From assembly GCF_964204645.1 (NCBI RefSeq), contig NC_134034.1, forward strand, positions 12,536,962 through 12,600,961: a stretch of 64,000 nt of DNA, written 5' to 3'. Shown in pieces: positions 1-34,300 of this stretch (the first letter of the stretch is position 1; each line of letters starts with the position of its first letter). The position numbers were made by a program, and so were the translations under genes. The DNA is from Tubulanus polymorphus. Lineage: Eukaryota; Animalia; Nemertea. The notes below the pieces were generated by a model. It ran no database searches. It was not told the DNA's origin and saw nothing but the letters and a program-made list of their open reading frames with translations.

Positions 1-381
1 GCTGCGTGCATATTCGAGTGCCTATCAATATAAATAAAATTTAGATTCAAATACTTTACTACTCACAACATCTACATTACATAAATATCTATGCCATATA
101 TCATGCCTAACCACTGGTAGTGAAAATCGAACGTTTCAAAATCAACCCAAATACATGTATTTTAGTAATCAATCAAATAATCATTCACCAAACAAAATGA
201 GATAACTAAAATTAACTTGAAAATTATGTATATTTTTACACAAGATACTTACACTCGCTAAACTAACTAAATGGACAAATCTTTCCATCATATCATAGTC
301 AATGAAATCGAGAGTGAACAGTTTGTGCTTTGGTGAAGCAATATCTGGTGCTAATTTTTCGAATTGTTTCTATTTCTTCAG

Positions 382-611
382 GTGAGAGACTGAATAATTT
401 CAAGATTCTTGTGTCCGCGACTCCATTCGACCAAACAGCTACGTTCACGCAGGATCAAGTATGTCACTCGAATACAGGTGCTGTCGCTGCTGGAGCCAAA
501 GTAGAATTTACTTGTCCGGCCAATTTGAGAGGAAGATACGTCGCCATCAGAACGGAGAGCGGCACCTACTTGTCTCTTTGCGAGGTGCTGGTCAAAGGGT
601 CAGCCCTTTAG
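382..611 (+). CDS. Terminal exon of an F-type lectin (fucolectin/FTP) gene whose 5' part lies upstream of the window; tandem paralogue of the gene at 3282-8233
   Basis: Acceptor tttcttcag at 381; reads (S)[15 protein letters not shown]...[32 protein letters not shown], the C-terminal half of an FTP domain (GRYV..., LxLCEV). Near-identical to exon 8001-8233. Confidence 0.9.
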
Positions 612-709
612 AAGAAAAGTCTGTAAAATAATTCAAGAATACTTCACCCTAGAGTGTGACCGAAACATTTGAAACATAATTTGAAAACTCCGAAAGAACT
701 ACCACCAAG

Positions 710-805
710 GAGTGGGCCACCTGTTTTGTGGGTCATCTGTATTGTGGGTCACCTATCTTGTGGGGCACGTTTTGTGGGTCACCTTTCTTGTGGGTCACCT
801 GTTTG
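710..805. repeat. Short tandem repeat, ~19-bp unit containing GTGGGTCACCT, ~5 copies
   Basis: Directly visible repeats. Confidence 0.75.
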
Positions 806-1833
806 TAATGGTCGGCTCAGGGAGAATTTTACTAAAACGTATTAATGGAAAATCGCTATACAAGATATTTCATATACTTTTATATCTTTATCATCTTTTC
901 TATTCATACTAATAATTATCTATTTCAGTTTATTCACGTTAAAAAAAAACTATATTAGTTATTGGTGTGTCTATGGCGTGATGTATGAAACAATCAACAA
1001 AAATAATTAATAACTCATTCCTAGTTTAGTTGTCGTGTGTTTTTCTTACCTAAGTTTATAGAAATAACAAGTTTGTTAATGCATTGTCAAACATAAAACA
1101 AGATCTTACTACGATTGGCATACACCTCAACATAGAACATCAGATATCGAAATCCTAAAACAACTTACTGCAGATCGTGAGCAGTGGTGACATTAAGTAC
1201 ACGACATCTTGGCGCAGCGGCGCTTGCTGATGTAACCGGTGATGATGATGCATTATTTCTACTATATTGCATATTTTCTTTACTTTCTTTGTATCAATAT
1301 TTTTAGTTTTCTTCAGCTTTTCAATTGTGGTCGGATTTACTTTGCTTATATACATTGTTGTTCTTCGCCAAAAGATATTGTGTAATTTATAGAACTTATA
1401 TTCATATTTAAATTATAGAGTTCTTCGACATTTATTTTATGAAATTCAGTTGATCTAATTAAAAAAAACAATAAACTACATACACAATTTGAGTTAAGCT
1501 TTTCTTTATATGAGGCGTTGCGTGATTTTTTAGTTCAATAGTTTAGGAAGGGCAGAAGTAGCTAGAAATGGAACCAATGTATCCAAGAAAAATGAACTGG
1601 GGTTGGGGCTGGTTTTAACATCAATTTCACTGGTAGTAGTAGTTTGGGAACGACAGAAGCAGTTGGGCTTTTCAAGGAGCACGACTTAACAACAAACGCA
1701 TCCAAGCTTAATGAACCGGGGGTTGGAGTTCTATAAACTGGTTTCAACATCGATTTCACGGAAGAATGGAGGTCTCGATGCTGTTTTTGAATAACTATTG
1801 CTGGTTTTCCAGTTTGAACGGACTAGATCTCAC

Positions 1834-2092
1834 CAGGCGCGGATACAGGGGGCCTTGGGTGCATATCCCTCTTGGAAAGTTTCCGTCATATGACTTATTT
1901 TCAGGTTTTCAACGCTACATTTAAGAATACATGGCAATAGTTATATTTGGGAGTACATCTTAAAATCATTATACTGCGAATTTTGTTAAACACAAAAAGA
2001 GATATCCGTGAACAAGCAAGAAATACACTATTCAATGTTCTTAAGAAAGAACTAACAGCAGAGCACTTATGAAAATCCTGGATCCGCCGCTG
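1834..2092. mobile_element. MITE-like element with CAGGCGCGGAT...ATCCGCCGCTG termini; related copy at ~18547-18717
   Basis: Imperfect terminal inverted repeats around GCGGATCCAG, seen twice in the window. Confidence 0.55.
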
Positions 2093-3281
2093 CACTTACT
2101 ACCGTTCTACAGAAAACCATAGTCATTCTCCTAAACAGTAGTCTCACTTCCTATATTTTTTTTTTTTTTTTTTTTTTGTAAATTTCGTTAGATTTTTTGA
2201 TTGAGTGTCCCCTACAGACCCACCACACCTGCCGGGAGCGAAACAGGGGGTTTGATTTTGAAATCGGAAATCGAAGTACAGATATAGTTGTTTGCTCGGC
2301 GGTCTAATTTACAGAATTTTTTTAAAATCGAAGTACATAATTGGAAATTCGGTTCCGGTTCGTTCAAACAATCTTCCAAGCAGTCTGAACCGGCAAGCGA
2401 TTGATTGGGGTGAATTTTTCTGGCTGCCTAATTTAATACATCAAGATTTTGGAAATAGCTAATTACAAGGTTGAAGATGATTGTGTCCATTTTTATATTT
2501 TTTTGGTCGTTTTCTACGTGTAAATAGTCCGATAGTTTATTGTGGTTTTTTCTCACTTCCTATATTAACGGTGACTCGTGTTCGCATTCTCTGGAAGCAG
2601 CGTTTTAGTTTTTTCTCGCACCGTCAAAAGGAACCCCTCTCGATTTTCTCATGAAACTACTTTTCAATTTCATGGACTCTGGTTTACTATAGGAAATCAT
2701 ATATAATTGTCCTTTGATTTCGAGCTCAGGACAAACAGCAATCTTTCAACCGCGACGAGACAATGAATGACATTTTAAAACACGGTTCAAATGTACTCTT
2801 TTTTCGGACGTTTCTCACGGACGAGTTCTTTCATAAAGATAGTAATTAAAGAAAATAAGACGCCTCTCGTTGTCATTATTGTTTAATTTTTCACACGGTC
2901 AATACTAGACCTCACAATGACCCAACGAACGAACTCGTGTTGAGACAGAGATCTTGAGGATTGGTTGTCAGTTTGGTCGAAGAAGTTCTCAGGGTCGGTA
3001 CCAGCACTTTGCTCTGAATCGGGTTTGCGTAAAACTACAGGTAATGAAATTTCCTAATTCTTAGTTCAATGATTGATAACATAATCAATAATTATTAAGT
3101 GAAACTGGAAATTACTGGATCCATTCGGAAAAAAACTTTGTATTAGGTCGAGTCTATTCTATAGAAAATCCGTCCATGATCGCATTAGGGAAACAAACAA
3201 TAATAGTCTTCGTTAGAGTTCCTTAAAATCAGAAATTCTATAAACGATGCGTGTTTCTTTTTTTCAGGAATAAATACAGAA

Positions 3282-4560
3282 ATGAAGCTTCTTGATTTAG
3301 TTGTGGTTTCGTTGTTACTGGCAGCAGCAGCAGCAGCAGGTAAGATTTTCTCTTAAAGATACGATTCATCTGCGTTATAACATTTTTCCCTTTATACTTC
3401 CAAACTTAAGTTTTATAAAAGGATGATAATAATGTGCGCTCAATCTTCGTCGAACTTTTTACTTAAAAAAAATAATATTGGTAGAAGTATCGAACCCATT
3501 CTATAATAATACCAATTTAATGGAAAACGCCGTTGACCATAGGTACAGTGAAAAGAGTGCTAGAAATGAAAACTCCGTGCGCCACCAGCTATCCCACATA
3601 GATGGCGTGCGTATCAGTCCTTAATCAATGAACTTTCGGTTAGATTTATAGCTTCATCAGAAATTAGAAAAATTGCTCCTCTTGATAAACTCAGATGATC
3701 TTTAGGTTCATGTGAATATGAATCACCATTCAAAGAAGATTTGCGATATTATGCATAAATGTTTATTGCATCTGAGAAGAAAATCGGGAGTTGTTGTCTG
3801 AATGCACACTAGCGAACCTGGTGGATCCTCGGTTGCCACAAGTGGAATCCTCGATTGCCACAGTCGAACGTAGAGTCCTCATTGACTTTCTATTAAATAT
3901 TATTACAATCGCTCATCCCAGTAACTGAACAATGTATGTTTCTGCATCAACAAATGCTATTCGACTGTTCATCGTTTTTTTTTGCGGGTACAGTTACCAC
4001 TTGGTTTGGTCCACGAAGTTGTTACAGCCTGTGGGCTCTGTCACTGCACCCTCGCATGTCGATGTAAACAGTGCTTTATATTTTTCTATTGTTATCTTTA
4101 AATGAAAAGTGAATGATAATAATGAACTCTTTCGACATTGACCTCGTAGAAGAAACCGGGATAAAGAAATGTGAATTGGCAGTTCCGCATTCGCATGAAC
4201 GTGTTCGCACTGAATTCGCTTAAACGTGTTCGCACCGAATTCGCCTAAACGTGTTCGCACCGAATTCGCCTAAACGTGTTCGCACCGAATTCGCCTAAAT
4301 GTGTAAGACCTCGGTCTCCCGAATCGAATAGCAGGCGAACTATACAGCAAAGCAATTCGTCTAATATTTATTAGTCTGGTCTCTGTATTTGTGTCCGTCA
4401 CAGAAGACTTATTTCATAATGTGCTCAACTCGCATGGTTGGTTGGTTGGTTGGTTGGTTGGCTGGCTGGCTGACTGACTGACTGACTGGATGGTTGATTT
4501 GATTGATTGATTGTTTGTTTGATTGATTGTTCGTTTGATTAATTGATGTATTAATTGATG

Positions 4561-4611
<51 letters not shown>

Positions 4612-7600
4612 GTATTGCAGCGATTGACGGTGGTTATTCCGATTGGACAAAGTGGAATCCTTGCTCGAAAACCTGCGGAGGTGGAACTCAGAAACGAACT
4701 CGTACGTGCACCAATCCAGTCCCAGCAAATGGTGGCAACCAATGTACTGGTCCTAGTGAGGAAACACGTGACTGCTACAAACAACCGTGTCAAGGTGATT
4801 ATGAAATTGGGCCCTGCATCTGAGGATGTAGTTTACATACTGTCTCACGGGTGAATCCAGACGAGAGCGCACGGAGCAGCTTTACCCCGTGCCTTTGTGT
4901 GTGTGTGTGTGTCTATTCTACTACAAGTTATAAGTTCTACTACAAGTTAAAACTCCCGAGGCCAGTTTTAACAGGTATCTACAGGTATTAACTTTAACCT
5001 GCGGGTTAACTCAATTCATTTTCTATTGAGTTAACCCCCGGGTTAAAGATGATACCGGTCTATAAAAACGGGCCCTGGTTTTTGTGTAGTTCCTCGTCAC
5101 CGCCGTCAGTTATAAAATACACTTGTTTCTCTTATTCCGAATAGTAAATGGTGGTTATTCCGTGTGGGGAACATGGTCCGAGTGTAGCAGTTCGTGCGGT
5201 GTAGCGTTCCGGACTCGGAAACGGACCTGTACGAATCCGACTCCGAGCGGATGCGGTGGAGATTGTTCAATATTCGGACCCGACATCGAGAAACAAGAAT
5301 GCGCGAGAACATCCTGTCCAGGTATTAATCTAACTTGAAAATGTTTGAAGTCGTTTCATGAAAATAGGTTTAACATAAGTCTCGGCATTAATTCAATTCT
5401 TAGTCCCTTTGTCCATGTTTAAGTTAAAACTGAACTAAATTCACCATCTTTCATTGGACTAGTTGGTACTGACCATTGTTCATGTAAAAATCTAGCGACA
5501 AAATGGTTTATATTTGACGAAAATGATACTTCATAATATTGTAGTCGTTGTTGATACTGCCGGTATGACCGCTACACAGAGTTCGACTGACTTTAATGGT
5601 GACGCGTCGCTTGCTGTCGATGGAAACGAAAAGCCAGATTATTACACCCCTGACAGTAGCTGCAGCCATACTGACGACAAATCTAAAAACTGGTGGCAGT
5701 TAGATCTGGGCGGTGAACGACCCGTATCGGAAGTGACGTTGGTCAATCGTCTGAAATTCTGTGAGTAACACGTCCTTTAACGTTTCAGACACACTTCATA
5801 GCGAGAAAACAATGATTTCTCGCTAAAATATTTCTTTTCACATTTCTAAACTCGAAAAAACTTAGCATGACCCCAATCAACTAACATATAAAGCCTCTCT
5901 TACTGTCGAGTTAGTTAGAGAATTATTTGAGGATGCTTTGTTTTTTTAAACGTGTCTGTTCTTCTATTTTCTGTTTAAGCTGAACGCCTTCAATCGTTCA
6001 AGATTTATGTAACTAAAACGGTGCCAGGCGACTACAACAACATTGCTGCTGAAAATATGTGTGGCGAACAGGGAGCTGTTGCTGTAGGACCTCGTCAAAC
6101 TTTCAAATGTCCGAAAATGACCGGAAGATACGTCATAGTCGTGCGGACGACGGTTGGAGTTTTGACGCTGTGTGAAGTGCTGATCAGTGAAACAATTGGT
6201 ATGTACCTTGAGAGTCAGAGAACAGCAGGGGCACGTATTGGATTCCATTGACAAGAGTGATTATTTGTAATACAATATTATTGTAGGGAACAAAAATCCA
6301 CCATCAGTTCAGGAGTGTTTGAAATATGCTGGAAAGACATTTTTGTACGAGGTCACTTTTATAAATTTTGTTAAGAGCTTTGAGGGTCTTTTAGTAAACC
6401 GCTTATAGAAGATACATTTGTATGATTATCCCTGTCATTATCTTATCGTTATCATTATCATCAAAATTATCCCTATCATTATCATTATCCGTATCAATAT
6501 CATTATCATTATCATAATGACTGAATAAAGAGTCGGTTCTGTGCAAAAATTAATTTGTACGAAGATCAATTTCACGCGATTTTCAATTGTAGAAACGTTG
6601 GACTTACGAGGCAAAAAGACGTATCAGAGTAATGGTTTAATCGAAGGAGGTGTGTCCGACCGAGCTGTTGACGGTATCGAAAACCCCGACTGGTACGGAG
6701 GAAGTTGTTCTCACACCGGTCCACCTGCTCAGGGTAGCAAACTCAGCTGGTGGACCGTCGACCTCGGGGCAACCTATGACGTCACTGATGTCTGGGTCAT
6801 GAACCGTAAGGATTGTTGTAGTAAGTATGACTCAGTTGGGAATGCATTGCGGGGCGCATTGTGGGGGTAGTCATTATAAGCAACATCAAGCTAATACAAA
6901 GCTAACCAATATTAAGCCGTTGGGTCCAACAGTTTTCGTATTGATTATTTTACAGGTGAACGCTTGAGAGACTTTAAAATATACGTGACGGACAAACAGA
7001 TAACAAGTGAACAGCCCAATTCGCTAGTTTGCGCCTCCCAGGTAAAAAGTATCGGCGCCGGTGAGTTGAAGAGGTTCCGATGTAAAAACGGAAAACTGGC
7101 AGGTCAATTCGTGACTGTGATGACGACAAGCGGTGAAGTGTTGACTCTTTGCGAGGTTCGTGTGGCTGGAACTTTGAAACTACAACCTGCAGGTTAGTAG
7201 TATTCACTTTTACCGTCAGCTTACAACCAAAATCATAGTTGAGGCGATCATTATTTTAACGACCTTTCAAAATGACGACTTACACTTTGTTTAGTGAATA
7301 AGGAGAATGAATGGGAGTCAACAAGGCATTTTAAGTGATGACTTTAAAGGGATGGTACTTGCTGTATGGTCATATCATCATCATCATCATGTTTGCAAAA
7401 CGAACATCTATTTTTCGTGTCTTTTTGTAGCGCCGATCGATTTGAGAGGAAAACCAGTTGAACAAAGTTCAATAGACCAAATCGATAAAGGTGATCCTAA
7501 AAAAGCGATTGATGGTAACGAAGATACCGACTACCTTAACGGCAACTCGTGTTCACACACTCTGGAAGCCCCGGTCAACTGGTGGAAGATTGATCTCCAA

Positions 7601-8233
7601 CGGGAATTCGTAGTGACTAGTGTTACAATAGTAAACAGAGCTGATTGTTGCAGTAAGTAATAATCCTGATACCATTTCTATAGCAAGCCTGACAAGAACG
7701 GTGGGTGCAGGAAACTATGGTTTTGATCGTTGGAGCCCTAAAAGATTTTCCCTCACCCAACCCCTCTACGTATTCGTGAACAAGTACAAACGTATTAAAA
7801 AGGTTAATTTTGAATTGTCCTCATTGAAAAAAAAGAAGTTTACCGAATATTTAGAGTTTAACTTTAACCCGAAATTCGTGACTATTCGTGTTTTATGTTG
7901 AAGAACCAGTAAGATCTAGAAGCAGCATTTACATCTTTGTCCTTTCAATCGTATATATGTTTCCATTTCACCCAATCAATATCAATTTCTATTTCTTCAG
8001 GTGAGAGACTGAATAATTTCAAGATTCTTGTGTCCGCGACTCCATTCGATCAAACAGCTAAGTTCACGCAAGATCAAGTATGTCACTCGAATCCAGGTGT
8101 TGTCGCTGCTGGAGCCAAAGTAGAATTTACTTGTCCGGCCAATTTGAGAGGAAGATACGTCGCCATCAGAACGGAGAGCGGAACCTACTTGACTCTTTGC
8201 GAGGTCTTTGTCAAAGGGTCACCCATTTTGTAA
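3282..8233 (+). CDS. Secreted protein: signal peptide + 2 thrombospondin type-1 repeats + 3 F-type lectin (FTP) domains
   Basis: Exons, all joined in phase 1: 3282-3339 ([19 protein letters not shown], signal peptide), 4621-4794 ([35 protein letters not shown]1, missed by the ORF track), 5145-5321 (TSP1), 5545-5760 + 5980-6198 (FTP1), 6593-6820 + 6956-7192 (FTP2), 7431-7652 + 8001-8233 (FTP3). FTP motifs QSS..AVDG..CSHT..WWxVDL..NRxDCC.ERL..LCEV. Confidence 0.9.
4196..4303. repeat. 25-bp tandem repeat (AAACGTGTTCGCACCGAATTCGCCT), ~4 copies
   Basis: Directly visible. Confidence 0.85.
4436..4612. repeat. Compound tetranucleotide microsatellite (GGTT/GGCT/GACT/GATT)
   Basis: Directly visible; abuts the acceptor of the first TSP1 exon. 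Confidence 0.95.
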
Positions 8234-8765
8234 AGTCCGTAAAATGGTTTTTAAGACTACTAGACCGTAGAGTGTTAAAGCCCGCTAATAAAGAATAGCC
8301 GAAACATTCAACATCATAATTTTTATAACCAATTCAAACTTTCTGTTTAAAACCGTTCTGTATGCTCAAGATATCGCGAGTTTTCAAAAAAGTTGAAAAT
8401 CGAATTTCGAGGTTTTGCTAAATCTTTTTGGATTTATATATGTGGATGATATCACTACTGTTCAATCTCAGGGTGAATCTAATTTCCATAACCCTTCACT
8501 TGATCTGATTTACTTAACATAGGATATTTCCATACAGTTCGAGATTTTTATTTTCTTTTCATTAACTATATCTACGATCTATGTTAGTCTGAATATCTTA
8601 AATCGGTTATTACTGTAATCTATTAGGTCAAACAATTATTAGAATAATCAATATCGATAATTCCTTTCGTGTTTTCGTGAGTTTTCTTCGTTCCAGTTTG
8701 GAAATTACTAGTTTGTTAACACATTTTAATTTTACTATTGCACATTTTCTTTACAAATTTGTTTG

Positions 8766-8925
8766 GTCAATCCCCATGATTATACCGCCCACATCGGCGC
8801 AGAACGATTTTGGCGGTATAGGAAGAATGGCGGCGGTATATCGGGGTTGTTTTATTACTTTTTTTAGAAAACCTGGCAGTAGGCGGGGTGGCGATAAATG
8901 AGAGGGCGGTATATCGGGGGTTGAC
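8766..8925. mobile_element. Short inverted-repeat element (GTCAATCCCC...ATACCGCCC / GGGCGGTATATCGGGGGTTGAC)
   Basis: Inverted termini plus internal GGCGGTATA repeats. Confidence 0.55.
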
Positions 8926-9979
8926 TCACGGTATTTTCATTTTTTTTTATAGATATTCAATTGTTTGTTTGTTTCTCACTCGTGTTGTTGCTTACCAAAC
9001 ATAAACATTGTGTAAATTGTACTTCACGTTAGCGAAGGTTAACGTAGACTTTTGTATTTTACAATAATCGATCAGTTCCTCAAGGCATAATAACGCAAAA
9101 AATGACCCGGCCGACCAGGAGGAACAAGTATCATGTCTTAGCCTAAATTTAATAAATCAAGTACAAACACAACTTTTCTTTTATGGTCGTTACTCTGAAT
9201 TTTTGTCCGATATGAATTAGCCGGGGCGGAACCCAGGCTATCAGAATTTTTCAAAGACTTCCCAGTAGTCGGTGTCAATAATCTTGAAAGATCACCGAAG
9301 AGTGGATGTATTAGGATCGTAGCTATATCGGCATGAAGCGAGGATGCTCGAGACGATATCGGTCGGCAGGGTTTTGTACGGCCAATCACCGCCGGCCCGC
9401 ACGGCAAGCCGAATCAATTGGTCGTGTGTAAAGGCCGTGTGTATGAACACGTATCTGGAAATCTCTCTTCTCACCGCCATAGACTGTGATTACGACACAG
9501 ATGTCTTGTCTTGTCGCAATCAGCGTCTATTTCAATCAGCGCTTACTGCGGCATGCGAATTCTCTCAGGAGTCGAAAAAGAAGTGGCGACACTAAACGGT
9601 CGATTCAGTCAGCGCTTACTGCTGCATGCGGTGTCGAAAATGGTGGCGACACTAGACGGCCGGTTCGCATAACGCATACTGCGGCACGCGAATCCCCAGT
9701 CAGCCAAGTCGTTCATGTTGACATTCGTGCGTATATCTCTACGCGTACTATTCAGTTCGGGGAAGCCCTCTTATTAATAATCAATTAAACCCGTCGTTAA
9801 TTAGTCCCCGTTCATCGAAACGATACGTAACCGTCCCAGGATTAAACTGCAATGTTTCAGCTTTCGGTGGATATACGGATTTACCAGATACACATGGATT
9901 AAAGTATCAGATGGATTAGTCATCCCTAGCCCTCAGTCATTACTCTGCTGGGTGTGTTTCAGCACTCTGATGTTGTTAG

Positions 9980-30893
<20,914 letters not shown>

Positions 30894-31136
30894 TACGTAT
30901 ATTCATCATTACTAAATAGTATCCATTTCCACGGTTTCTGGATCCAATTCCACAGTTCTGGATCCATTTCCACAGTTCTGGACCCAGTTCCACAGTTCTG
31001 GACCCAGTTCCATGATTACTGAACCCGGTTCCACAGTTGCTGGACCCAGTTCCACATTTCTGAGTTTAAAATCTTGAAAAACGTTGGTAATGAACTATTA
31101 TTGATTCTAACTGTGGCCAAGTCGAAGTCTACAGAA

Positions 31137-31345
31137 AACTGTTGAACTTCGTTCTCGGACTAAAACTGCGTTTCTTTTAACTGTTGAACTTGGTTCTCGG
31201 ACTAAAACTGCGTTTCTTTAAACTGTTGAACTTGGTTCTCGGACTAGAACTGTGTTTCTTTAAACTGTTGAACTTGGTTCTCGGACTAAAACTGCGTTTC
31301 TTTAAACTGTTGAACTAGGTTCTCGGACTAGAACTGTGTTTCTTT
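31137..31345. repeat. 42-bp tandem repeat, ~5 copies, in the par-3 3' region
   Basis: Unit AACTGTTGAACTTGGTTCTCGGACTAAAACTGCGTTTCTTTA. Confidence 0.9.
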
Positions 31346-34300
31346 GTACTTTTTTACTCTGTATATGAACTGAATTGTTGAAGATTTTCCGTAATTAAGA
31401 CGCGTTTGATCAATAGCAGTAACGTTCGTGTAATATAAGACAATAGTTCTGTGCTCGTTCTTTGTATCAATGTATTAAACTTTCATCTCAGTTTAAACTG
31501 ATTAATCTGTTGTGTAATAAGAGTTTGCTAGTGAATCATTAGGGCAAATTATCTTTGCAAATCTTCTATATTCTCGATGTGTAAACCAAGTTGACCGCCG
31601 TCTGCTTCATCGGATATTGTTAGTTCGTCATATGGTGCTTTGTATGTCAGTATTTCGGTACGAGGGGGAGGAGCGTGGGATGGTCTGATTGACAGGAGAG
31701 GAAGGCGGGGCCAGTGCGAGTGGACAGGGTACGCTCGAAGTTGGATCCAGTTTTCGATCATACGTGGACTTCACTTCGAATTTAGTCCACAAGCTAGAGA
31801 GAGAGTACACTTTACCTCAATTTATATTCTAAACCAACGGGATACCAGCACTCACCAGACGGCGCAACAAAACACTAGGTCCTTTGTAGTGAAAATTAGT
31901 TTGGTTTCACTGCTATTTGAACCTTGTTTTTAGGCTTCCAAATCTGAAAATTATCTAACGAGTCATCAGATATATAAAGATTCACTTTCTCACTCAGTGT
32001 ACGGTTATAGATTTCACCGAAAATTGATTAACTAATCAGAAAAGTTGACTCAAGAATTTAATCGAAATGCAGAAGAAACCCAGTGCCACTAGCGACACCT
32101 GGCGGAATCTTCACTTAGCGTTGCCGGTATCCCATTACGATTAATATAATTATAATTTAGCATTTCTTTGCTAGTTAAACTATCAATATTGGCTTATAAT
32201 CAGTTACTAAGGTTACAAGAAAACTTATTATTATTATTATTATTGTTTTATCGTTTTAAATGAATTGATAATTAGCGAGTTTGTAGTTAATTTGTATGAA
32301 TGTTTATACGTTACAATCTGTATTCATGTGCTTTGTATATTGTGTATTATACGTTACTTTGTGAGGAATGCGTTTTGAATGGTGTCCCCCGCCTCAACAC
32401 GGGTCATCGTCCGGTCATTGAAATATTCCGCGGCTCAGTCCCGCAACTGTCGGAGTTTTAATTGAAATCGATTTTCGCTTTCGGAGGTTCCAATTTTTCT
32501 TGCCGGTAACTGTGGAACTCGGTCCTAAAAACCTTTTTCATTCCAACAGGAAATAGGGCTTCGATATTTGAATAAATACAACTAGACAAGTAGTACTTAA
32601 CTATGTAGGTTAACTAGTTTATTGGGAACAGGAGCTTTCGCTACTTTATATAGAAGCTTCGTCATGTGAATGAGTCATGAAGCTACTATATTATACATTT
32701 GTAGTGAAAGCTTGTGCGTCAAATAAACAAGTTTACCGATTAACCCTTTCAGTGCGGTGTATAAATCTGATAGATTTTGCTAGTACACCGCACTGCGGTG
32801 TATTGATGTAATTAGTATTTATCTCTCTTCGAAAAATGACAGCACCTGTCAAACATAGTGAAATACTAGTAACTAACGATACACCGCGCCGCGGTGTAGA
32901 TGCACTATAGTGGTATTCCCGTTATTCAACACACTAGGGTGGAATTTTTAAAAATTTTCAAATTATCTCCAGCACTATAGGGTATTGATTAGTCAGGACT
33001 GAGAGGATTAAGTACTACTTGTCTTGTTGTATTTATTCTAAACCTGGTTAACACAGCTCCTCTAGAATCTTAAGATATTTGACTAACTTTTAGTGATATT
33101 TCTATGAAAACGTATAAAAAAGGGACCTGAACTATGAATTCATACATTGTATGTATGTGCATCGTAGAACATTGATTGTAGACATTATATTGATTAAATA
33201 CAGCGTAAAATGTATTGTAGTTTTTTTTATTAAGTGCAATAGAACTGAAATCATAATTCGATATAGAATATATTTATTTATTTATCAAAGTAAGACGTTA
33301 TTCGAAATGTGAATTTGAATTCATGGTCGTCAAAATGATGTACAATAGAATGATGTAGATCGCGACACAGAGTGTGTATATTCAAAATTTTATACGGTAG
33401 CTATGGAAACCGTTTAACTGCTCATATTGTTAGAATACTGCTCACAGACGTCGTCGTCGGGTTTCATGAAAAAGTTTTCGCTCCGAATTTCGATCCGGTT
33501 TCAGCGGACATAACGTTGCAACAGATTTTTTTGGGGGGCTTAAACTTTTTCGCAAAAACCCGACCTCGAGATATGACTTAAACTTAGTCCATGATTTCAA
33601 ATACTGTGATTGAAATCCAGTGACTTCCATGAACTCCATATCCAAGAGATGGGATGGGGTTGGGGGTGTTTCACGGCCCCCTGTGACAAACACGGTTTCA
33701 ATACTCAACTATTTATCTAGCTGGTGCTGCCCTCTAGTGTGCTGGAATGTTACTAGTAATGTACAACCCAATACTAATTATAGGTTGTCTCTAAATAAGA
33801 AATTTGTTATGAAAGTTCAAGTTTGATATTGACTTGGAATGATCATCGATAGTAATCTCCAGGTTCCAGTCACCCAATAGTCGGACTCAGTGAGTTGAGA
33901 TTTGACTCAGAGTTAACTCAAACTTACAACTGTATATCTGGGTCCAGGGGTCTTGGTACCAGCAATAATTCACTGATGCAGTAACTAAGGGTTTTTGTCT
34001 ATTCATCTGTGCTATCCATCCATTCTGTCCGTCTGCTCTATCACTTTTTCAGCCGTCTCTGAACTACACAAATATCTATTTATAATGATCTATTTATATA
34101 AATGATAAACGTCCAAATATTTCATATAATAAAACTGTCCATCATATTCTACTATTCAAAATGGCTGCCCCTTAATCACCCTATGACATCTTCAAATTGC
34201 CTTCTCAGTCATTTTGATCCATTTGACTTCCAGAAAATATTTTATGATGTCATAGGGGGATTACTGGAGTTAACCATTATTTGACTATGCTATGTGTAAA

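Noticed and set aside
3994-4075. Possible extra Cys-rich exon in the lectin gene
   Set aside because: In the required phase it reaches a stop without a compatible donor; the signal exon joins 4621 cleanly.
31549-31933. Overlapping short ORFs downstream of par-3
   Set aside because: No recognisable homology or consistent splice phase; probably par-3 3'UTR.
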